Assembly: GCA_002633005.1 (NCBI GenBank) | Contig: NMRA01000315.1 | Span: 405,806-469,805 of the forward strand | Direction: 5' to 3' | Length of the DNA: 64,000 nt | Source: Phoronis australis | Taxonomy: Eukaryota; Animalia; Phoronida | Shown: one piece after another, positions 51,301 through 63,300 of the stretch | Position numbering within the stretch: position 1 is the first letter of the stretch | Layout: each line of letters begins with the position of its first letter | Position numbers and translations under genes: made by a program | The notes under the pieces: generated by a model | Told to the model about the DNA's origin: nothing | Seen by the model: only the letters and a program-made list of their open reading frames with translations | Database searches by the model: none

Positions 51301-54300
51301 GTTTAAGAGCTGGTATTGGCTAAGCGGTTCCTTGCTATATTTCGACATCAAATATAATTTTCTGAGACGACAGTGCTGTGTTTTTAGACGTCAGTGTTAG
51401 TTTGTATACGTGGAGGTCTAATGCAATTGATTAGTGTCAGTTATTTTATAAATTTACATGAATGGTGAATTTTTTTTGCGTAGAATGCTGGATTTGTTAG
51501 TTGGCTTAGAAAACTGTAACATTAGAAAACGCTTGGAAGAAAAACATTTAAATATGATAACTAAAAGGTGAGATTACTTACAGACAATTCTCAAAAAGAG
51601 GCTCTTTGAGATGTTATTTCCTGATTTCTCTGTATTTTTCGCCACGCAGTGCCATTGCTCGCTGTGATACTGTCTGTCAGCCAAAAACGTCAGAGGCATG
51701 TAAAATGTTGAGCCACTCTTGTTCGTACTGGCGAAAGAACCAGACGCTGGATAGGTCTTACTCCAGTGAATAACAGCAGCAGGAAACACTTCGTCTGTCA
51801 CGCACAGCACAGTATAAGTTTGACCATGAACTAAGGCGCTGCTGTTGAAAAGAGCTCCATCTTCTGAAGTGAATGTCAGCCTTGTCGGTCCAACTGTGAT
51901 TGTGTGAAAGCGAAAAAGCTTAAACAGCCCAATGATGAGAAGTGTTCATCATAAACACACAGTGTGTGAGCTTAATCACTACACTTGTTCATTGCTAGCC
52001 ATGTCCGGTCTAAACCTTGACACATGTAACATGTAGTGGGGACAATGAGTTGGAAATCGGGTGCCTGGTTGCATGAAACGGTCCAAAATAGTGACTTAAA
52101 GGCGAAGGCAACCTTTTTCCATGTCATTTTGAGCTAAAATAAGGTTGGTTGGTTATCCTAGACATATTTTCCACTTAATTACAGCTTTTCGTAATTTTAT
52201 AAATTACTCGTCCGCTACTCCGGAATTGACGTTTTAGGAGGCAAGCGTTTCCCGCCACTTGGTTTTGCGTTGACTTTACCGTGCGAATCTGTTCTATTCT
52301 ACTTTTGTTTTGTGCTGTTTTTCAACAATTGTCGCCACCACTTTCCATCGGCGAGTATTCTGCGGCAAGATAGGTTAGTAGAGAACTCAACTANNNNNNN
52401 NNNNNNNNNNNNNNNNNNNNNNNNNNNNNNNNNNNNNNNNNNNNNNNNNNNNNNNNNNNNNNNNNNNNNNNNNNNNNNNNNNNNNNNNNNNNNNNNNNNN
52501 NNNNNNNNNNNNNNNNNNNNNNNNNNNNNNNNNNNNNNNNNNNNNNNNNNNNNNNNNNNNNNNNNNNNNNNNNNNNNNNNNNNNNNNNNNNNNNNNNNNN
52601 NNNNNNNNNNNNNNNNNNNNNNNNNNNNNNNNNNNNNNNNNNNNNNNNNNNNNNNNNNNNNNNNNNNNNNNNNNNNNNNNNNNNNNNNNNNNNNNNNNNN
52701 NNNNNNNNNNNNNNNNNNNNNNNNNNNNNNNNNNNNNNNNNNNNNNNNNNNNNNNNNNNNNNNNNNNNNNNNNNNNNNNNNNNNNNNNNNNNNNNNNNNN
52801 NNNNNNNNNNNNNNNNNNNNNNNNNNNNNNNNNNNNNNNNNNNNNNNNNNNNNNNNNNNNNNNNNNNNNNNNNNNNNNNNNNNNNNNNNNNNNNNNNNNN
52901 NNNNNNNNNNNNNNNNNNNNNNNNNNNNNNNNNNNNNNNNNNNNNNNNNNNNNNNNNNNNNNNNNNNNNNNNNNNNNNNNNNNNNNNNNNNNNNNNNNNN
53001 NNNNNNNNNNNNNNNNNNNNNNNNNNNNNNNNNNNNNNNNNNNNNNNNNNNNNNNNNNNNNNNNNNNNNNNNNNNNNNNNNNNNNNNNNNNNNNNNNNNN
53101 NNNNNNNNNNNNNNNNNNNNNNNNNNNNNNNNNNNNNNNNNNNTTGCGTGGACGGGTAACGCTGCGTTCTTCACACGAACGAGCCAAGTACGGCGAAGTG
53201 TGTCATCCATCGGAAAGCGATGCAAAGGTACTCCCAAAGCGCGCGTGAGCCGATAATTAGTACATCCTGGTACGCAGCAACGGTGTGGCATGTTGACTGA
53301 CTAGTAAATGAAAGCAAACGACGGCGGAACTTAACACAACCGAGGTAGAACAATGACTGACTCGGCAGCTCTCACAGTCAGACTATATGAAAAGAAATTG
53401 GCGCGAAATGCTTGCGTCCTAAAACGTCACTTCCGGAGTAGCGGACGAGTAATTAATAAAATTACGAAAAGCTGTAATTAAGTGGAAAATATGTCTAGGA
53501 TAACCAACCAACCTTATTTTAGCTCAAAATGACATGGAAAAATGTTGCCTTCGCCTTTAACTGATTTACCTAATCTTCTTCGTTCTATACTCTTACGTGT
53601 AGTTTTTTATCATTTTATCTTTGTTATGAACTCTGCTTCTATGACTAATGACATTTTCTAATAATATGACTAAAACTGAGCGCTTAGTTCAGTCAAAACA
53701 AGCATTGACTTACATGCATTAGTGATACTGAAATAGCTTAAGAAAGGTGTGTTCACAACCCCACAAATACGCGTTACACGTAGATTTAGGGAACTTAGTT
53801 GAGAGTCCCTATTTGGGACTGTTTCATGCACTGGAAAGGAGAATAAAGGCAATTAGCAGCTTCATAATTCATACTATTTGGTAAACTAACGTTTGATGTA
53901 CAAAACCGAACATATGTATAAACATGTGTGCTCCGATAGGAAGAGCTGCGACGTTTACAGCTAACAACGTAGGCCTACCCTGTCTGGAACATCTCCCACT
54001 ACGAGCCTTTTGTTGTATGGGAAAATCACCCATATTTACATTACAGACGCAATCCCATTTTCACGTATGAAAGTGAAATATTTAGCAGATGAATAAATTT
54101 CAAACTGAAAAAGGAACAGTTGATTGAGGTCATGTAGGACCCTAGATGTCCTAATATGGCTAGATGTGAATAGTGACATCTTAGAAATGGCTTATGACAT
54201 TCACATGTAATTTTCAAGAGTGCTTTTTGCACAGTTCACCACCGTCAGTGCTGGCAGGAATTGGTTTTAAATTGTTCCACTTTTGCATGAGGGATTATCA

Positions 54301-57300
54301 AAAATCAAATACGTCCTGTCATAATTTTTAGGAAAAACTCAAAAGTTACAGAAAACCGAAACGTCATTGTAATTTAAGAAACTAAAAGAGTTACTGAGAT
54401 ATTTTGTATTTCATGAAGTTTGCTCAATAATTTTTGCCATTGTAAATTTAGTCAGAGGTCTATTTCACGAAACGTGGATTAAGATTCAAGGCAGAATTTG
54501 GTCTTACGCTCCACACAACTATATTAGAAAAAAATTAAATCTTACTTGAGCAACAATACAATATCTCTGAGAAAGTAGCTATTACTTCAAGTAAGTGACA
54601 TAATTTGTATAAATTATTTTTATATTGTGATCTTCTAATAATTTCCAAGCCAGTTATTAATTCAGAAATTGTTTATTGAGAGTGTAACACCAATTAAACA
54701 TGAAGTCACATTTCAAGAAAATGACCCCAGTTTTTGGCCTATAACAGTGTCGTAAGATGACGTCATCAATTAGAACATTCGCCTCATTTCAGGGTGGTTG
54801 TGGAATCGTGAAGCATACCTGAAGTTTCGGCAGCATAAGGGTGAATTTTTGCACAATAGTTGGCTGCTAGAGAGGGGTGATACAGTCAGATGTGTCGTCG
54901 TTCTATAGCCTTCCAAAAATTATAGACCATTTACTAAGGGTAAAAGTTCGAAGAGTTGTCTCGGAGCAGGGCGGTCGAATTAATTTTTCATTTTGAAGAA
55001 ATTATTGGAAAAATGATGCTTCCCACACAACAACAAAAAAGAAATATGAAAATCGTATAAAGCAGTACAAGGCAATTTGAACTTTTGTTGCGAAATTTGA
55101 ATGACTTGCTTGGATCCACAGGCGCTTGGGTTTATCTGTTCCTCGATCGCAAATGACGTCATTCAATAATACATAGAAAACATAAAGGTTGGACACTTAA
55201 ACTTTGCCAAGCCGAGGCTCCCAACTTCAACCGTCCAAAATCCAAATAAAATCTGCGTGCACCTCCCTCAGTCTGGTGTTGCATAAACCTTCGAAGCCTT
55301 ATCTTTCCCAGATGGACCCATTAACTGTCTTCGTGAGTGGTGAATTGGCGATGGAATTTCCAAAACAATCTCAAAACTCTGAATTAAAGGACCTGAAATA
55401 GTAAACATGGCGGATTTCAGTTGTGCTTCAACTTGTACGCCTGTCGTAGATGAAACTTCATGTTTGAGCAAGCATCCTATATTTCAAATTCAATAATTCT
55501 AATCCAAAACTCAACAACTAATTGAGAATGTTAAAGTTAGTATTTTAATGACTATTTGTAACTTTATTCCACTGACGGCTCATTTTAGCACCTAATTTTA
55601 TTGCATAAACTGGCGTATCTTGTTCCTCATCTTGAGATCACTCACTTTTCTTGGATGAAGCACAACACACATTCGGCCTGGAAACGCAGTCCGTGCAAGT
55701 TTTACAATGCGCGTGGCCGAAGAGTTAACTCAATGGTTTTTTGCCAAAAGTAAAACCTTCATAAGAGATCACAGTACACACAAAAACTTCGCATATCAAT
55801 ACAGTATCAGGATAATTTACATTTGACACAAATATGTGAGTAATTACATTTATTTGGCAATAAAGTGCTCTCTGCTTCTCATGATCAAGTAGTCGAGGGA
55901 TTGACGGCGAAAGCCGCGCGAAATTAGACTTTCGGATTTAGCTCGGGAGCGTCCGTCAAAAACTCAGGTGTCATGAGAAGACCGTCTGCCATGACATCAC
56001 GGAATTAGGTCCTTGAATTTGTGATTTTGGCATTCTTTTGGCATTTTTGTCGCCAAATCACCACTCGAAGGCAATTTGAAGGATCAAATGAAAGATAGTA
56101 TTCTAAGAGTTGTTCGATGCTAGTTTCGTGGAGTTCCATGCACATTTGAGTAGAAAATTCTGAACAAACAGATTTCCAGTGTCCAACCTTTATGTTTTGT
56201 TATATGTATTATTGAGTGACGTCATTTGCGATCGAGGAACAGATAAACCCAAGCGCCTGTGCTTGGATCGTGTCGGTCATCCAAGACGTCAGCGGCATAA
56301 GTTGCGTGTTCAATTATTTTCACCGACATTTTGCAGTGAAGTTTAGTTTACCTCCTGTTGTGTGCGATTCAACAATTTTCTTCAGAATTTAGTCACACAG
56401 ATGTTACTGTTTGAGTGTTTACTGTGCTCATAATTCCCGTTGGGCTTAGCCTCGCTTCCTGCGGCACGTATAACATGACGACTTTTGATGAACTAAAACA
56501 TTTGTTCAACCGGCTACTTTGTAATTGGTGGAGATTTAAGTATGATGCCCTTTGGTAAACGCTGCTATACGATAGTAACGTTGTACAATTTTTAAGTTTC
56601 TTTTTTGGATCTTGCGTACGATTGGAAAATGTCATTTCACATGTGCTGAAAAGTCGCAGTGCTTTGTCTCTGCGGTCGTTGCCGATTCTCGAATCGAAAG
56701 CAGACTATCTTCAATTTTGTATTGCTTAGGGACGTTAAATTGTGAAAAATGTCAACAAAAAATTATTCCGCAACAGCCAACGGTGATAATGATCCTGAAA
56801 TTCTGGCATTTGTGCCAAACGTTCAATCTTGTGGATGCTATTGAGGCTGAATGAAGTTATATGAAGGAAAGCCGCATGCCGAAACTTGACCTTTTTACAA
56901 GCTCTTCTATAGGTTATTAAAACTAGATCCCAGTGAAATGAAAACCAAAAGCATCCGATATAAATACATCTCCTTTCTCACCGAGTGACATTAACTTTTC
57001 CTATCAGAAGAAAGGCTTTATACTAATGGTAAAAACTTTTCAATTTGGTACTAGTTATGGGGAAATAACATTCATTGACTGCATCGATTGTCTTAATATC
57101 AACAGAAAGCCCGTTAATGTTACACTTTGATGATTGAATAAATTTTTCGCCAACAGGCAAGTTTGTCACTAATTACTAAAACCACAATATTTCTTCAGTT
57201 TTAAAGCCCCAAACAGTGCAGTTGTGCTGATTCTTTATACAGCTGATTCAGAAATGATTACCGATTACGCTTGCGAATTGTCACTTTCCTGTTGACCTAT

Positions 57301-60300
57301 AGAAATGTGAAGCGATCAAAATGAAGTATTCCCTTTGTTTGCATTTGATTTGTTTGTGTACAGGGGCGGATCCAGGATTCTGAGTTAGGGGGGAGGGCAC
57401 AGGAATAACCAGAATTTTGCCTCATGTGCGCCCACAGCCTAAAATGTAGAGGGTCTCTAATTTTTGGTTTTGTGTACCTTATCACTGAAAAAACGGGGTT
57501 CTGCAATCGCTCCCCGAGCCCCCCCCCCTGGGTGCCCGCATATGCAATTTGCACCCGAACTTCCAAATGGGAGAATGTTAGGGGCCCCCCCTAAATCCGC
57601 CACTGGTGTATGTAATTATTTTTAGAGCTTTCTTAAGAAGGCTTTTCAACAATTCTAAGTTTTGGGTTAACTTGTCTACAACAAAAGTTCCACATGCAAG
57701 AAAAAATATATTTTCAATTGTAGCTAGCTGGATAAAATCTGCTATGCACAAGATTCCAGAATTAACAATTATCAGTGTATTTAAAAACAAAATGGTAAAC
57801 TGAACAAGCACATACATATAAAGAAACAACATTGTTAAAAACAACTGTAATTTTCCCAATGCAACGGAGTCCCTAATCAGGCATATCAAGAGATGACTTT
57901 CTGATTCTCTCAGGTTATTGCTGAAGGATTGCTTTTCATTCACTTTGTCCAAAGGTAAAACAGACGGTCAGGCAGCTGCTTTCAGTCGTTTCCTCTCACC
58001 TGTAACCGAATAGTTAGAGAAATATTAGCAAATTATAAAAAAACACAAGACAAAACTACTTTTGTAAAGCAGAACATTTTTGACGTTTCATTTTCATGTT
58101 TATATGTAGAAACTAATATTCTTTGTACCCAAGTCTTATTTAAGATCTGAATTAAAATATGTGGAACACTAAAACTGATTTATTAATGTATTTTTTTCGT
58201 GACACCTAAAATGGGTTTCTGATCTCAAGATATAAAATTTATTCCAGGTGTCACTTTTTTCCAATGCAATGTTACGATATTTACTGAATAGCTTATTCAT
58301 GTTAATTCGGTAACTAATTTGGTAGTCCTGGGTTATTGCTGTGAAAAAGTCACCCTTGACTTCTGAGCGTCACGTACCATACACCTCTGATATTGGGCGC
58401 ACTCCCATCCAGGACGTTGCTAGCCAACCATCCGGGTCCCGAGTGAGTTTCCGAAAAGAGAACTTAGTTCCACTGAATAAACCCGTTATTCAGTCGGGTA
58501 ACTGGTGGGGATTACATCACGATGTCGATAGAAACTGGTTGCTAAAAACTTACCATATAACATTCATTTAGTCTCTCAATGGAAATGCCTAGATCACACA
58601 GTGAGGCTTCGGTATCCACACACTTTTTGTCCACGCCTGGAGTAACCTTAGGTCTTTTGGAAATTTGTGACCACCTGTCGAAGACTTGCACCGAGGAAAA
58701 TAGCAATAATAAGGCTTAGCGCGACGACGTATTTTGATAGACAATTCCGTCCTTTTACCAGCTGTTTACATGTTCATGCAGACAGCGATGCATGCGCAAT
58801 TCAATCACCACTTGTATAGCAGCGACACCGCGAGGAGAATTCTCCGAATAGCCCTACTATGATAAAAGGCCACCCACCAAGAACCGTACGTTCCAGTTTG
58901 TGGGACAGGGAGTACGAATTTTTAGTTGATTCCTACCTCTATCTTTGAAAAGTGATGCCAATGATGAATTAGCAGGTGACAGAACGAGGATTGGTTGACA
59001 TAGTCATGAAAACGAGGTTTAATATCATTTTAAGTAAGAAAAAGTTAAGACGGAAAAGGTTTCACGAAACGTGCCCTACAAATTTCTTCTCAAGATAGAA
59101 ATTCGATAAAAAATAAGTGACGTAAATGGTCATAGAATGTTTAAGCCAATGAAAAAATGATAGGCTTACAGGTCCGCTGCTCAGCTTTGATCAACAATTG
59201 GGCAGATGCCTTGAACACGTTGTATTCAGAATTATTAGCAGTACACGTGACCAAGTTGGTGGTTGATGACGAAGCAGTGAAAGCCAAGTCTAAACTATAA
59301 ATAGTCCCATTTTTCTCCAAAGTCGTGTTCGCACGGTGATGTAGCCCCTCGATCCCGATCCAATTAATATCGACATCAGGATAAACTGGGTCTGTTTGGC
59401 AGACCAGAACGTAACTTTTTCCAACGGTAACTGTTAGGTTGTCGCCGTCTTTGTAGATAATCGCATTCAGAGTATCGAGAACCGTGAGCTGGGTTGGGCC
59501 AACTTTAAAGACATTTTAACCTGAGTTTAATGAAGAATTCAAAATACATTTGTGTCAGAAACAACACAATTAATGCTCGTAAAGCAGAAATAGAAACATC
59601 ATTGATAAAATACTTTTAATTTTAAATGCAGCCAATTCCGCATATTCATGCAATGTGAGCATTTAGCACTTTGGTGTTAAATTGGTTTACCACCATACAC
59701 TGTTGCAGCACCATTAATAACTGGTATGGAATCTAAAAGACAACCTGCCCATCAGCATCTTCACCCCTAGGGTAAAATTCTGTTCCCCTGGTACAACAAT
59801 TAAGGTAAACAGCTTGACAGAATTCCATTTCATATCATTCCAACCAACTCACAGTGAACAGCCAATGGGAGACGGGCGGTTACAGATTGCGTGATCCTGC
59901 TGTTGGAGGCTGTGCAGTACAGTGATTGACCATTCAGAGACTGGTGAGCTACCAGAGACAGGACAGTGTGTCTTTGTTTCTCGTTCTCATAGTCGCTTGT
60001 CACTTTGACGAACTTTTGATCTACGTTGGAGCACTTAATTATCGCGCTGGGAAAAGACTCGTCCGTTTTACATATGACTGTGTACGTGCGAGAGTAAAGT
60101 AAAGTGCCATTTTCAAAAGGTGCTCCGTCTTCAGTCAAAAATATTAGTTTGTTAGGTCCATCTGCAACATTGTTTTGAGTTTAAGTTCGTCACACACTAG
60201 TGTCTCGTGAGAACCGCAAACAGCGACAGTGCTAACACAAATTTCAAACTAAAAAAATCCCATAGCAGTACAGACAACATCATTTCGTCGATCCAAGAGC

Positions 60301-63300
60301 GAGAACCTGAGCAAGACAAGTCGTCCTTTCGCCAACTGTCCAATGCCTAGAACCCAAGCTTTCCAAAGAAACTTGGAGATGGATTATAAATGAATCACCC
60401 TGTGTTCTATTCTCTTGGCCTTCGCAAATATTTGCATCATCAAATTATGCAAATATGCAGTTAGAAATGTCACTCAAAAACCAAATTTTACAAGAGACAA
60501 TTTTCTAAATGTCCTTGTGCGCCCCCCTTAACATCAGTTCGTATTCAAACTATTTCCATTCAAGTGCTCCTCTCAACACAGACATTCAGCATGCTCCAAA
60601 GCAAAAGCTTGCATGTTTAGATGCTAACGTAACTTTCAGTTCCATAATCTGATCATGAATGATTGTCGAAAATACAAAGACGTCAGTAAATATTATGAAT
60701 GGACTATGCTTATCGACCCATTTCGTGGTGGAAAGCACTCAAAGCCTATATTACACTGCATATTGCAAATACCAAAGGCAGGGTTTTTAAATTGAGAAAA
60801 CGAAGGCCGCATTGTATTCCACGAAGTTTTTACTTGTTTTTACAGACAGGTTACATGTTTTAGTCATAAAGAATAGACCCAGCCTTTACCGTCGTTTTAA
60901 AAGTTGGTGACGTTTCATGAATCTGGTTGGAACGTTAAACATTTCAACTTATGAAATGCAGCGATGTTTGTATGAAAAAATGGTGGACGAATTACTACTT
61001 ACACAAGCTAATTAAAGTCAGTGTTAATTGCACATTGAACGCACTGTGTGCACTGTTCTCCCCAATACAACGTACAGTTTTGTTCACTCTGTGAAGTTGT
61101 TTTACAATAACTTTCGTGTAGTATATCGTTCCAAAATTTACACCAGGTGTGTCGATTGAGGCTCCATTCATGGACTCCCACTTTAAGTTGACGTTTGGAT
61201 ACACTGGATCTGTCGCACACGTAAGAATGACGTCTTTTCCTTCTTCAACTTCTACGGTGGCGCCATCTTTGAAGCGCCTATTTCCACTCGTGGCAGTCAG
61301 TTCAGTTGGACCAACTGTAAAAATGAGTTACTTAAAATTAGATAAGCAACTCAACGAAATATGTTTTCAGCTGTATACTTTATACACGAAGATACATGTA
61401 TAACGTATCAACTCTTCGAAAGACAGAAACTAGACAGCAGAGTGAAATTCTTATGAAAATGAATCGCTTGACATGTCCTTTTTCTTACTTACAAATGATT
61501 TCCAGTTTCAGAGATTTCGCCACTTGAATCTTTGGTGATTTTGCATTAAACGCAAGGCAGTTTATTGTACGCTTGTTAAGTTTCCTCGTCGCTGTAAACG
61601 TGAACGACCTAGAATAGGTCAAACCACTTTGCTCCGTTTTGCCTCGTACCCCAATTGACATATAGTTGCCAGACCAATCGACAACTGCTCCTGGGTAGAC
61701 ATCGTCCGTGTGGCAAACCACCTTGTAAGTGTTTCCTACTGCAAGTTTCGAACTTTGAAACCTCTTTCCAGCCGCAGTTTTGAATGTTAGTGAGGTGGGG
61801 CCATCTACAAAAGCAATTTGTTACAGTGTTCAACAATATCTCCTGACTACTGGTAATGAGCTTGTCCTAATTTCAGTGAATTGACAACTGAAAACGACGG
61901 TCTTCAAAAAAACACCGCCTCCTACTATAAATGCTATTCTTCAGTTAAGTCGAGAAAATAGATGTTCCAAGCTTAAAGAAACACTGAATAGGAAATTTAC
62001 AACTTATAACGAGAATAAGTATTCAAGGCTCATACAAAGCTCAACAACTGGTACCAACATGACACAAAATCCTCATTCGTGGTTCCGGGACATTTGTATA
62101 GGCTTAAAATGTTTTTGTAATGTAAAATAACTACTATTAAAATAGTTATGACAAGTTGCTGATATTCGAGACCAGGCTCTATAAATGACTTGTCGTGGCG
62201 TTTCAGTTTATTCGCCGATTATTGTCTCACGGAATAACGAACTGTCTTTGTAAGGCCCAAAATCACTCAGTACTCATCTGAGCAAGGCAACAATTGAGAC
62301 TTAAATCCAAAGAGGCAAATAGTCTTGCTGCAACAGAACACAGTTTTTGCCGCTTTAACCATAACATACTAATAATAATATCGGACGTTAGGTCACGATT
62401 TAAAAACAGCGACCTCAAAAAAGTATTTGCATTACGTGTTCTCCAGTTATTTCTGAATATTCCTTTGGTGGAGAGATGATGACAGCTGTGCTGCATCAAA
62501 ATATGTTTCGAAATTCGGTTTGCTGCCATCAAAACTCTAAAAACGTATAACGAAGTGAAGCCAGTTTCGATAATTTGTTTGTGACGTGTACGCAACCTAG
62601 TGAAAGAACAACAGTTAATTGAAGAATCCGCGAAAAAAGAAAGTGGCCAATAGGTGGCGCAAATTTCATGGCGTCGAAAGCTGACGCAAAAGATCGGCAT
62701 GTACTACCATTTTAGCAGCAGAATAACGGCAGAACGCCAATTTTTTCCAACACCAGCAAATAATTTAGGTCACTCAAGGAAGAGTGTTACTAATTTTCAA
62801 TGATACGAATTTTGTGTCATTTTTCACCAGGTCAGTTTTTTACCGACATCGGCGTAAAGCTGTACGTTTAGTATACAGCTTTCCGCCATAAGGTAGATAC
62901 AGTAGGCTGACCGAGCAGAGCCGGTGAAACTAATCAACACTTCTGATAGTGGGCCTGTAGAAGGTCTTCTGACCTTTTTGTCGCAGACACAAATTTAAAC
63001 TTGGCTTTTCTACGGCTGTAACCACTAGTAACCTTCCTGAGCGGACTGAAAAAATGGCGGACAGATAGTTGAAAATACTCGCTGAAGGTTCAATTTGCGC
63101 GTACTTGACCTAGGAATTATCCAAAAGTATACATGTAAATGGCCATATTGATAAAATACCGTAACACCCGTTTACAAGCCGTAATGGCTGGATTTTAGAG
63201 GGGAACAGATAGGTCTCAATGACTTAAAAGGGCATATAGTAGCGACGTCAGTAGGGAAAGGGTCCCCCCAAGTAAGCCTAAGTTTATTCTGGAGATCGAT

